Assembly: GCA_000165425.1 (NCBI GenBank)
Contig: CT868430.1
Span: 310,001 to 374,000, forward strand
Direction: 5' to 3'
Length of the DNA stretch: 64,000 nucleotides
Origin: Paramecium tetraurelia
Taxonomy: Eukaryota
A program made the position numbers and the translations under genes. A model generated the notes under the pieces. The model made no database searches, had not been told where the DNA came from, and saw only the letters and a list, made by a program, of their open reading frames with translations. Below are positions 1-14,717 of the stretch, one piece after another. Numbering within the stretch: the first letter of the stretch is position 1; each line of letters starts with the position of its first letter.

Positions 1-1664
1 CACTAGAGGTGAATTTAGGTTGCATTCTTTAGGGTACTTTGAAGAATGCAAATAATTATCAAAGAAGTAATTGGAGTTAAAGAATTAAGTTAATCTCCAT
101 TATTCGGAATTTATGCTCCAAACTTTAAATTGGGTACTTCTTAAGGTTCCTTTGAAAACTCAGTAGTAAAATGAGAGAAAGTTCACAATGAGATTTCTTG
201 TTTTAGCATTTATAAGGATCCCTCACTTTAAGGACTAATTGTTGAAGTGTATAACTAAGTCCAATGATCCTTAATTAGTAGAGTGGAGAGGGAATGAATT
301 TTAATTAGAGGAGTAAGATGTATTTGTTAATGAATAAGTGGCTATGATATTTGATTGGCAGACATACTTTTACAACTATCTTTCCTATCAATCATAATAC
401 TAATTTAGCTAAAGCACGAGTGATGATTAATGGATGTAAACTTTTAGCAAAAGGAGTTTAATTTATCAGTATTTTATAATGGACTTCTGTGCTTACATAC
501 AATATATATTGTAAAAGAACAACATCCAATGGTAGCATGTGCCAGGATACAAGTTGTTATTGAAATCCTTTCTTTGTGAATTGAAATTAAAAGAATAGTA
601 CACAATATCGTTTTTTGATTGTGTAATGGCTGTGTCTCGGAATAACAATATAATAAACATTATCGTAATGATATTATTTAATAAAACAAAGTAAGATCCA
701 TAATTATTATTAGATTGTATTAATCTGATTAGGTTATTTAGGTTTTTGATTTATTGAGTTTAATAATAAATTAATGTCCAGAAACATTAACAGTTTTCGA
801 TTACCCGTTCTTTTTAAATGGGATAAGAATTGTCTTAACATAATCAGAACATGCAATAGCAATCGCTACAGTTTTGGAGTTAATTTACACTAATTTTTTG
901 AAATTTCCGATAGAGTTCCGAAAAGCAGTGATCGATTTATTATTTGAGCCATTGAGTTTTGAGTTGTTTCTGCATTGGTCAAAGAGTGTGAGGACAGTTT
1001 TTATGAGTTTCTTGCTTTATCGGATCTGCCATCAATATAGGAACAATAAGATTTCAGTTATGGATGAAGAATTATTCGAGTAGCAGTATTTGATAGCATC
1101 GAAGCCGAGAAAGAATTTCAGTTTTTATGAGAACCGGAAGGAGGAGAAATAATTGATTGTATTAATCTCTAAATAATATCTAGGCAGATTACATTTACTT
1201 AAAATACACAAGATTTATGATGAATATAGAGTAGGTCAAGATTCAATTGAAATAGTTTCAGATTCATTAAGATCTAAGTGTTCTATAGAATCTGAAGGAG
1301 AAACTGGCTCAGAAGAATCAGTATCATTAGGGGAGTCAGAATATAATTATTTAGGAGTAGAAATAGGATGATAAGGAAGAAATTCCGTCGGAGAAATAGA
1401 TGGTTTTTGAGAGAAGAAATGAATATAGAAATCCTACTAGAAAAAGAACTATCATCTTGTCAGATAACAAGTATAAATATTTTGAAAGTGGCCTTAAATG
1501 AGTTTTCGGAATTGACTAAACAATATACGAAATGGAGACAACAATCACTGAACAATGGAGACCAGATGAGTCCGGAAGAGAAAACCTAAGCGTATATGAA
1601 CTTTTAGGTTCCACAAATTAAGATATTGGTGCATTATGATTAGAGAGAAGGGAAGTAGGATTGA
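1..1664 (+). CDS. 5'-truncated hypothetical protein, possibly DUF1765-like; apparent +1 indel near 1480
   Basis: Coding in the ciliate code with short introns (e.g. ~690-714, ~1159-1183). Motif LFLHWSKSVRTVFMSFLLYRI recalls DUF1765 proteins (from memory). The upstream frame stops at TGA 1499-1501, but a coding-like frame continues to TGA 1662-1664. Confidence 0.55.
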
Positions 1665-1717
1665 TATATTAACTATTTATGCTCTTGATTTAAAGATTTA
1701 ATTTAAATAAATTAATT

Positions 1718-3465
<1,748 letters not shown>

Positions 3466-3535
3466 TAAATAATAATAACATAAATATTTAAAATCCCAAT
3501 ATATAAGAATAATTCTTATAAATTAATACATTTTA

Positions 3536-6488
3536 TCAATTTATCATTAGTTTCTCCCATTCCACAATAGTTTGTTCAAGATTATCAACACTCTATTGCA
3601 ACCTGTCTTCAGCAAACTTGGACATAATGGACCAAAGAGGTCGTACTATGAATTTGAAAAACCCAACTTCCGATTTGGCCATAATAGGTAACTAAGATTA
3701 TCATTTATCATACTTAATCTAAATCCTTCATGTACGGCAGTTGGGGATATCCAAATTTGCCTTCCAAACTGTATTATTCCTAGAATTCCATATTCACTCT
3801 TGTACTCCATTCCCTACTCAATTTAAATGGTTTGGCTCCTCCAGTGAAGTCAGATGTATGAATAATCATACCTGTCATTAATTTGATGTCATCTTCAGTT
3901 CCAAAGTTCAGTTCCTTCATTCTGGCCTCAAAGTTTTTCATTAAATTGAAATGCTCTGTTATATCTGTATATAGAATATTAGAAATGAAGAGTTTACGAA
4001 ACTCTCTGAATTCAGATGATGTAAAATTAGGGATAATGTTTGTTGCAGGAGCACATAACAATTTTATTGAAGTGGCTGCATGATGTTATTCTAACACACT
4101 TCTATCATGATATCTAATAGCCAAATTGGATAAGCTATTGATCTCAAAAATGTTTGTTCTTCCTGTATGAGATACATCGTGACACAGTCCAGAGAGAATC
4201 AATGCAAATCTCGTGAATTGATTCAATAAATGTGCATATTAGGTCTTCATTATTTCCAAACTGATAGCATGTGTACATTACATAACTGTTACTCCATGAT
4301 CATAATTATGAAATTAATTGCCTCTCTTATTATATTTATATTCCAATGCACATAAGAAACTGCATAAGGCATCCTCACTTATCTTGTAGTCTTCAATGAA
4401 ATTATTCCTTCTCAATATTGAAAATACCACTTTCTATTTCTCTAACCAATCCGCACTATAAGGGAGTATATTAAATTCAAAGTTATCTATATTCTCAATA
4501 CAAGTCTCTGTGATTGTATCTGGATAAAAATGATTAATCCCTTTAGTTTTTGGAATCAAACGAATGCTCTCACTTTCTTAAAGCGAATTTCTTTAATCTA
4601 GATGTCTAGGACTAAAACTTGGACTGAAATTTTTGAATTAAGATTATTTCTGAGTTGCCTTGGGTTTAAACATTTACACTACAGAATTCTTTAGTTATGG
4701 ATGTTTTTATTCTAACTTATCCAAATATTGTCTAGTTTCTTATTAAAGAAAACTCTTTCTTAGTTTTTACCACTAATTTGCATCAAGTGATTTCTAGTTA
4801 TATCTGAACCACCCTTATTAAAATATCACAAAAAAGCCTTTAAAATACTTCTCCTCCATTTTCATAAACACTTCATAGGTTGCATTACTATCTGTTAATT
4901 TCCATTTATTTTGATCCTGTAATTGATTCTCAATATGCTGAATCAGACTCTTATTCTTGAATATGCTTGTGTAGGACGCATTATAAAATTAAGGGTTAAA
5001 ATTAATGTTGAATTCTTCTGCCAATTTACTGGTAATTGGTTATGAGACAAATGTAATTTATCCTTGCTTATCAAACTCAAATATCAATGAATCTTGAGAT
5101 TTCACAAAAAATTTGTAGAATGTTGTTCTATCGTAGCATTGCTTAATGAACTTCAGATATTTATTGAAACTCAAATTGAGTTATTTATAAACATTCATAT
5201 CTTCCTTTTTATTTAAATCAAAGCATATATGAATGCTTAAGTTTAAGGAATCTCTAAAATCGAATTCAACAAATGGATGCATACTTATAAAAGATGTATT
5301 GTCCTTGCAGACTTTGTATCTTTCACTCAAGATGGAAATCGATTTATGAATAAAGAAATATTTAGAACATCTGATAAAAGCTATTCCTATGTCTTGAATC
5401 ATATGAGACAGTTGTAATGGATTAAAACATTGAACTCTGGCTTGTTTTAGGGTTTCAAGTAGAAATTAGGCCAATTGGTTGACTTCTTCAAAAAACTGGT
5501 ATTCATTGCAAAGGGACAGAAAAGATTCAATAATAATTTTGTGTTCTCCTTTGGAATGAAAGCAAAATAAACAAGTGGAATTCTGTATTTTTAGTACATA
5601 ATTTCTTTTGAATTTATTAGTTTAAAATAATGAAGCTATTTCTGGGTATGTTTCTGAAATTTCAATAACATTACCCTCTAGAATAGATTGAATTTCTAAT
5701 TTCTACTGATCAGTTAAATTTATTTCATTAAATTACCCATCTTCCGAGCTGTAAACTTCATTGTTAAATATAAATGATATTTCATCAGCATCTACCAAAT
5801 TTTTCATAAAAGCCCTTAAAACATTATTTAAATGTTCGGTAGATAATTTATCATCCATTAAAAGGAGATGGCATCTCAAATAGTCATTAAAATGTTACTG
5901 GAATAAGAATAAATAAAATTACTTTCATATCCTTATATAGTTATGAAAGATTCTCAATCACTTAATTGGAATCAGTTATGTTTGTTACCTATTTCTACGA
6001 ATTGCTGGGAGTTGATGTTGCTGTTTTGGTTATAAATTCTCCTACTTTCCTGAGCTTTTCATTGATTTCTTGGTTTAAGTACTTTATATATAAGGTAGAA
6101 TGATTACAAATTATGAATCGGATTGCCAGAGAGTCATTAGTTGATCATTCAGTTCATCTAACTATGCTATTAATTTAGACTCATTAAATTACGAAACCCT
6201 TGAGAGTGAGTTTCCTCTCCTTCTTTATCTTATGGGACTGTCATTTTCCCCTGAAGATTGGTACCTTATCTTCGGTTATGGTTCAATAGTTTGTAAATAT
6301 TAAAGAATGGCACTTTAGTAATCTTATTCATCATAGATGGCGCAAATAAGATTATTCAATTGATACTCTTTGGTGGTCAGATTCACCTTCAATAAATGCT
6401 TTTATTTAGATGTAATAAATCCTCTCTACTCTAGATCATTTATTTGGTTAAAAAACTTGATGTAGTTGCTTAAGTTTTATTTTGGCAT
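3536..6488 (-). CDS. Class I 3',5'-cyclic nucleotide phosphodiesterase with long N-terminal region (possible PAS-like segment)
   Basis: FHNYDHG, LCHDVSHTGRTN, SVLEQHHAA, LYTDITEHF, HTSDF, EFQEQ, SEVGFFKFIVRPLW. ATG at 6488, TGA at 3538-3536. Confidence 0.9.
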
Positions 6489-6912
6489 AAATATTATATT
6501 ATAAAATCACTTCTATTTTTTATCATCCCTCACCTAGAAATCTTTATATTATAATTTATCGATTTCTCTCTCATTTGTTTTAATCATCTTCTCAATTCTA
6601 TAATTAAAATTAACAATTCAAAATACTTGCTTTTTGGAGATCCCACATTCGTTAACCAATGGATCCTAAGAAAGTTAAGAATCGCTAAATATTTTACATT
6701 TCTTCACACTTCTTATGATCACCTTAAGCAACTCCCTTGACTGACCCATCTTATTGATTCTCAACCCATCCTACCAATCCCAAATTAGTTCCTTGCTCTT
6801 TTGTAAATTTTCTAAAGTATACTCCTATTTTAGATTCAAGATCTTAATTACCTTGTACTTTTCCAAAAACCTGAAAATCAAAGCTAAAATACTTTTTGAT
6901 CATTTTAATATA

Positions 6913-8160
6913 ATGTTATAAATGAATAAAACTGGAACAGGCTTTAAGACTCTTAAATTAAGATCATCTCACTCCTTTCGTCCATAGAGTGCTTATTAGG
7001 AATAAATAGTGAGTATAATTCCATTTGAAATGAGTGAACAAGCCTACTCAACCTCGCTTAAGATGGACCTATTAAATATTGAAGATGAAATCTCAAAACT
7101 CAATAAATTAGGCATTCAGTAATCTAGATTGAGTTCAACTCACACCTAAAAAATAAAACAATGGATTTCAAATATAAAAATGAATGATAAATGTTTGGAT
7201 CCTCAAAGAGTTATTCAAATTTGCAATTGTTCTGATGCCAATGAGGCTGTTGTTAAATTGTACAATATGATCTAAAATTTTGACTTCTACGTCAATAAAA
7301 TAACAGAACTTCAATGTATTCATTACTTATAATACGAATAATGTTTTTCTAACTTCTAATCAAACTACTTCTAAAAAATAGCATCTCAAGGGATATTACC
7401 AAATAGGTTCTTGATGAGTCTATTGAATTTAGAGATAATTGAATATTTAGTTTAGAAGAAGGGGGATCTGAGTCAATCAAATGGAGAGAGTATTTTACAA
7501 AAAAAGTTGTACGATTTAAAAGATGAGAACATTAAACTATTGACTGAAATCAAATCCTTGTAAAACCAATGCAAAAAACTATAGGATTAACTATCAAATT
7601 CAACTACTTTAAGTCAAAGTCAATTGAGTCATATCACTGTAGAATTGCCTCCTAATCCTGCATCCTATTATAACAAAGTAATTGACGAAGTCAAAGATAG
7701 TTACCAAAACCTCGTAACTATGTTAAGAGATGTAAACATTAATTGAATAATTAAATAGGACAATTTATAGCTTGGATTGAAATTAAGTGAAGTGCAATAA
7801 AAGTTTACAAATGCGAGCAATGAAATCATCGAATTAAATAAAAAGATTGATAACATGAAGAGTCAGAAAGTGAGATAACTTATCTATATTATAGGATGAC
7901 TTGTATAAAAGGTTTGTGGCTAAATACAAAACTACAGAGGAATTTGAATAATCATATGAAGCTGCCTTAAAGGAGGAATATTCTTCTATGGAAATGTCAT
8001 TCAAACAAAAAATCTAATAGTTATAATATAGAATTGATTAAAAATTAACAGAGATTATTAAAAGAAATTAGTAAAATTATCTTTCTATAAAATTAGCTTG
8101 AACAAAAGTAAATTATCGATTAATAGAGTGATAGAGAAAGAATGCTTATTAAGAAAATGA
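6913..8160 (+). CDS. Hypothetical coiled-coil protein
   Basis: Open in the ciliate code from ATG 6913 (MLQMNKTGTGFK...), two short introns (~7732, ~7870), Q/E/K-rich C-terminus, TGA 8158-8160. Confidence 0.7.
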
Positions 8161-8189
8161 GTTTATATTAAAAGCTTTGAATTAATATT

Positions 8190-8899
8190 TCAATAATTAT
8201 TTTGATAGGTCAACCTTTCTTGCTCCTGCTCCACTAAACGTTACTTCTCTTCTTATTTAATCCTCAAATCCTAGATGTTCACACATCCATATTACTTCAA
8301 TACGTTTCTTAATTTAATAATCATTCTCAGATTTTGGGACTCTCAAACTCATTAAGGCCAACTATGATTTATTTTAAGTGCACAGTGATGATATGGCAAT
8401 CATGATTTCACAAAAGTATAAAACTGTTTGAATGATTACTAATCCTAATTACATTGGATAATTCAAAGTTGGAATAATATACTGCATCACTTAAAGAGCA
8501 AGAGATACAATGGTAATGAGCACAAATGAAAATAATTCTGGAAACTTAAGCTAATTGACAGTTAATACCTATTCTTTAATATTCCCGCTATATCCATTTG
8601 ACAGGCGAAACCCTTCTAGCACAGCCCATATGAGCAACAATACTAAATTCAACGTATCCATCAAATTTGATTTGACTATCCAAAGCTAAATATGATGAAA
8701 GCGTAAATTTTACTCTTTGTATATTAATACCTAAAGTGACATACAGGAACAATAAGGAGAAATATGCATTGAAGTAGAGTAATTTCTGTAATAACAAACT
8801 AGCAGTAAGTTAGGATTCTAGGAAACGAGTTGCTCTTGGACGAGGATAGGAAGTCGATCCGTAAATAATGTGTCTTACACTTTGTTTATTATTTTACAT
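8190..8899 (-). CDS. TMEM17/TMEM216-family (Transmemb_17) ciliary transition-zone membrane protein
   Basis: After splicing three short introns: ASLLLQKLLYFNAYFSLL...LEGFRLSNGYSGNIKEQFPELFSF, matching the family SLxLQxxLYFN and ExxRLxxGYxGNxxExxPEL motifs; four hydrophobic segments. Confidence 0.8.
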
Positions 8900-8908
8900 A
8901 TTAAAAAA

Positions 8909-11122
8909 ATGTAATAAGAAGATTTCACTCCTTGGCTAATTTAAATGTTACAGCCTGTATATCAATAAATTCTATTGTTAGTATTCCTCCATCTTTGAAA
9001 CTATGTACTCAGTCGGTTTTAAAATATTTGACACAATTATCTTGAAATAAGGAGAACCAAAATAATGGTTCTACACGGATGATAAAGTAATCATAATGAT
9101 AAATTTCGAAAGCACTGCATTAAGACACATGATGATGAGTGGCTAAAATGGAGAGTTTTTGGAACCTATTGTAGAGCCAAGAATGTCAATAGATTAGGTG
9201 AGTATATTTAGTCCGACAACTTGGATTAAGTACAATTACAAACCCCATGCAAATGTGAGGAATTAAAAATTACATGCAAATGTTACATATTCCATTTCGA
9301 ATAGAAATTACCATAAGGTAACATAAAATCATCAATTCTAATAGGACGTATTTATAGGGCAGTTTCATAAGAAGTAGCAAATGAACTTTTTAAAAATCCT
9401 AATGAGAAATCAGAAATCATTACTAATTGGACCAAGATTATTGGTTGTGGAGTAACAAAATCACCTAAACACATATTTTAAGTAACAGTTTCTAAAGAAT
9501 AAATTGATGATCAACCTAAATTTAGAGTTAATAGAAAGAGATTTGCCTAAACTCCCTTATAAAAGGAAGAATTCTCTAAACAAGAAAATATAGTCAAAAA
9601 ACCTGTCTATCTAAAAGAAGAATATGACAAATCTTTGGCAGCACAATAAAATGTGAAATGTGAACATTTTGCTTTTAGTTTGCTAAGATTTTTAGAAGGG
9701 AGACTCTAAAGATCCATTTAACTTCTACAAGTAGAGTTTTTTATGACTGAAGGAGATCTATAAATATATTTGACAGGTTTAGACAATATTCAATTTCATT
9801 CTGATGGAGAACCAGTAGAAATAGCTACCTTATATCCTGTGAAACAGTAGGTTCATAACTTCGATAAATGTGCTGGTTTGTATTGCCATTATGCGACCAA
9901 TAACATTTTTTATGATGAATTTGATGAACAATTTTCGTTATTCATAATGGCAGGAGAGAAAGAAACACATAAGAAAATTACTTATAAATCTATATTTCTA
10001 GATATGATTGAGAGATTTAAAACCATTAAAATGTTAGAACCCTATCTTAATAAGCCACCAACTGAATAATTGATATTCAAATTAAGGATATGTAATTTAT
10101 ATTATAATTTATAGATTATTCATTGGGAGATATTACAAATAGTGCTTTTTTTAAGCATTTAAAGATATCCAATTTCTATAAATAAGAAACTGTTTGTTAG
10201 TTTTGTTTTCATGTTTATAATAAAATAGATTCATTAAGGAATTAGTATTTAAAGAATAAGAGAACAATACTAAATTCTTAATAAATTGAAGCAGAAGTTT
10301 CCAAATTTATGAGTTAAAGTAATAGAATCATTAATTTTTAAAGATTATGCCTAGAAGGAAGCTAAGGTGTAAATGAGATTTCATAATAAATTCTTTGATA
10401 AACTCAAACAATTCGATACAGATCAACTAAAGTTCTTTTAGGAATTTACATTGTCAAGTGTTCAAGATGATAAATACTTTTTGAAAAGAGGGAAGACGAC
10501 TAGATCACTTTAACAGCATTAATAGGCTGGATTTTAATTGCCTACCATTATCAAGGTTCAAGTGAATGACAAAGATAATATGATAAAGAAGACAAAATAT
10601 TTGATACCAAAGGAGTAGGCCGAATCTTTAGGTTTGAAGCACTATTTGGGTCATGCCAAGAATTTACCTTTTAGTGATTAAGGCTTGGCTATTAGTAAAA
10701 GTTCACTTGAGTTAAATAAACTTCAAGATAAGATAAGGGAAATATAAATGATAAAAGAGAGAATGGATTTAGAGAAAATTAAAAGAGTGAGAGAGGATAT
10801 CTAAGTGATTATGTGTACATATTATGGGAAAGGAAAAGAAGAGAAGGACCGTTTGGTTGATTTTGTTGAGACTCTCAAGAAAAGAGAATAATAATTAGAA
10901 TTTTTAGAAGAGACATCACAATAAATAAGATCTCCTGCGATTCAGATTGTAACTGACAAGAATGACTTTTTATCTGAAAATTAAAGGAAAATTAAATAAG
11001 ATAAAGAGAAAAAAGAATAAGAGATATTGTAGACTAAGAAAGACTTTTTAGAAGTTAATAGTGATCTTGCCTTCTCTGTATTTAGAAGAGATTATGTATC
11101 TGAACGCAATAGTGAATATTGA
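8909..11122 (+). CDS. Hypothetical protein (internal exon structure not fully resolved)
   Basis: ATG 8909, intron ~8957-8981, long open frames in the ciliate code with Cys/His pairs (CAGLYCHY, CQFCFH), TGA 11120-11122. Confidence 0.6.
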
Positions 11123-11146
11123 TTTTATATTTTAATTTTTTTGTAA

Positions 11147-12196
11147 ATGGCTTCCCATCTGATTCGGTATGTTTTAGTAATTCTATTCATAGTAAAGATT
11201 ATGAAACTGGCAAATTTTTTCTGATCAATAATGTGAATGGGGCAACATAAGAGATTACAAAAACAGGGGATTTTATTAAAAAGTTTAGCTTGGATTATAC
11301 TGGCAAGTTAGGATTCAAAAGTAGAATTCAATAACCAGATCCATGTCATTACCCTTGTGGAATTGAATCATTATCTCAGTTTCCCCAATTCTATATTCCT
11401 TAGCCAGATAAATTTGATGGTTATGCTCAATTGCCTCGTACTTTACAAAAGCCTTTTTATAATAATGATAGGAGGTAGAGATCCGATGCTACAATTGAGA
11501 GTGCTCTGGAATTGGTGAAATAACAATCTTTTAATAACAAATACTAAATAGATAAACCTATTAAACATATAACAGGAACTCTAAATGATTTTAATTTTGT
11601 ATAAAATTTGAAGAAAATTAAAATACTCGAACATCGTAAAAGTACAAAACAGAGAAATTTTACCAATCATATCAATAGCGTCAAAGTGATAAATAAAGAA
11701 GAAATCCAGCCTCCAAATCTCACCTTACTTAGAAGAAGCAGAATCAAATCTTAATTATTACCTAAAACTCTCCCTTTTTGCAGCAGTAATTCTAGAGAAC
11801 CCTCAGAAATTAGAAATATTGTCCCCTTAGAAGATAGAGAAGTTCAAAGTATAAATCAATTCCAATAATACTAATCTGAACATAAGGAAAGTGAAATCAT
11901 GTACCAGTCTAGAACCTTTGTTAAATCACAAAGCCAATCTAAAGTAACTAGAAATGATCTGCATAATTCTCATCTTACATTAAATCACTTCAAGGAAAAG
12001 GTAGAGGTTGCCCAAAAAGAAGAAAATGCATACATAATACCATAATAAAAGGAAAAGATTTCAATCTCTTCAAAAGGAAGGTTTAGTGCGATTAAGACCA
12101 AAAGTAATGGGGACTAATATGTCACAGATCGAATTATAATGAAATTATGTATTATTGTTAAATATTATATTAGTTTAGCCAGACCTATTTAAATGA
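11147..12196 (+). CDS. Hypothetical protein
   Basis: MASHLIR|KDYETGKFF...FDGYAQLPRTLQKPFYN...; introns ~11167 and ~12149; TGA 12194-12196. Confidence 0.75.
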
Positions 12197-12213
12197 TATA
12201 AATATATATTTCA

Positions 12214-12566
12214 TCATTAATCATCTTCTCCTTATTTTTTAGGTCCTTAAATAACAATTAATAAAAGGTCTTTGTCTGGTGCAATGAGGATTTCATTTTA
12301 CTTTGATTTTATCCGCAAAAATGCTAAATCATTTGTTGGGTCCAAGTCACGCACCAAAGATCTTGCTTTTTAAGCCAAAATAGGTATAGATTTAGCTATA
12401 GTGTCACCTTATTTTACAATCAAATATAACAGTTACCTTCCTCTTTTTTCTCATTCAAATATGTTGTTCTTGTAATTGTCCCTTCATGATTTACTATTAC
12501 TATGCCTTAAACTGATTTGTGATTTTTTATTCTGTTAATCGTGTCCTCGATGTCGACGTCTGACAT
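12214..12566 (-). CDS. DYNLRB: Dynein light chain roadblock/LC7
   Basis: MSDVDIEDTINRIKNHKSVQGIVIVNHEGTITRTT...[41 protein letters not shown]; one intron. Confidence 0.93.
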
Positions 12567-12666
12567 TTTATTATAATATATATTAATTATTAAATATATA
12601 AAGCCTTAATTAAATTTTTGCTTGTCTCTCATTAGTATATTCAATTAGTAATAAAAAATAAAAATA

Positions 12667-14684
12667 TCATTTTCCATTCTACTATTTCAAATTAAACATA
12701 AACTCCAATTTAATAAGTTTAACTTGAATATCTAATCTAAAGAATAACTTTCTTAAAATAATGTCTTGTTGTCTTTTTTTCAATTTTAATGACTCATCAT
12801 TATCACTCTTTGAAGATGGTGCATTTTTCATATATTTTTAAACTTTTACAGGAGAGACTTCAGTTTTTTTACTGCTTGGCCCTACGCTGTTGGTTCGTAG
12901 AGAAGGTGGAATTTAAGAAGAAGAAGCAACTCTTATTAGTTATGGTTCCTTCAGTATTTTTTAATTAGATTGCTAGTTGACATTAATCACATCAAGAGGT
13001 TAAGCAACTGGAGTACGCTTTGTTGTATCTTCAATAAGTGTTTAATCAACGTGATACATGGCATTACTTAAATCTAAAGCTTCAAAATTATTTATTAATG
13101 GCGTTTAATTTTATTTTGTTTCTGGTACTGCAACTTAAGTTTCAATTTACAATTATTTAAATCTATTAGTTTCAACACTTGATCCTCTTGCAGTGCTATT
13201 TCTTCTGCTCCTTAGAGGAGTGTATATTTTTTCAGGTCTAATAGCATTGCAATTTAAGGGTTGAACTCTAACACGAGAAGATGACTATTTTTAATCAGGA
13301 GGATTTAGCGATATTTTAACATCGAAACTTGGTTGTCTTACATCGGCACTTTAGTTAATCTTAGTCAAGACTTTCTATTCACTTAATTAAAGTGAATGGT
13401 TTTTGCTTGATGAAAAATTATTTTCTTTAACAGGAGATTTTTATTTTATCGGAGAATGCTTATGGGATAAAGTTTATAGATTTTAGTCTATTTTAACAAC
13501 TTACATAACTCTATCCTCAACTTCTTCTTGTGATATATCTTGAGAAAATGTAACTAAAGTTTTATACAACTTCACATTTTGTTTAAGTGGTGATTATTTT
13601 TTTTCAATTATTTGTTAGTTTTTTTCTTTCAAAATATTTTTTATTTCAGTTAAATTTTCATCTAATTATCCATCAAAATCTGATATCATTTCAATTTTTT
13701 TTATTTTATTTTCTTAATCTTATTTTTTGAATATATTCAATTTTTAAGGACTACTTTTTTTTGGTTATATTTATATTTAATCAAAAATTGACATTATGTT
13801 TTAAATCTTATTACTTTCCTATTGTTTTTTTTCTGTTTGTAAAATCTGCATAAAACTATCATGCTATTAATCAATAAAATCACTGTTGTTTTAATAATCA
13901 ATAGCAGATTATTGATCCATTATCTCTACGGCATTCTTTTATTTTTAATTTTACATTTATTCTGGCTTTAAGAATGACCTTATCTTTTTTGTTTACGTAA
14001 TTTCATCTTGTGATTTTAATTCACTTGGATTTGAAGATAGAATATTTTCATTGATTTCTTCTTTTTAAGTCTATGATTTGAGAATTTAATCTATTGTTTT
14101 TTCTGGTTTTAACTATAATTTACTAAAAAAACTATTCAATGAAGATTAAATCGGAGGCAATTATAGCTCTGTCAATTAGATTGTATTTTCCTGAGATGCT
14201 ATAGGCAAATTAAAATCTTGGGATAAACTCTATTATTATAAATTTTCGTAATTTTTTGATTATGGCTTACAATCTGTCTAGTTATCGAAAATATCATAGA
14301 TTTGAAGTTTTTATCTTTAATACTTTCCTTTCTCTTCTTCTTAGCAAATGCTTTATTCAACTGAACTTTCCTCATCCAATGTATACAAACTATTATTTTA
14401 TGTTTTAAATTTAGGTTGATCATAAATTTCTCTAATTGACTGCAATTTTTGGCTTATGATATTTTATTATGAATAAATGGTATCTTAATCAATTTATTTT
14501 ATCTTTTGAAGATTTTCACAATTATTATTATTATTATCAATTTATTACTCTATATTTTATTCGTATCTTTATTGTAAAATTAAATCAAATTATTTTTTGT
14601 ACTAATCCAACAATTTTGAAGATTATCTTATTTCTTCAGAACATTGTTTAGGCGAGTTTATTGAATTTACTAATTAATCTAAAC

Positions 14685-14717
<33 letters not shown>

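Noticed and set aside
6659..6900. Apparent gene start at ATG 6659
   Set aside because: All three frames hit TGA before 6900 and I found no rescuing intron; the clean frame starts at 6913.
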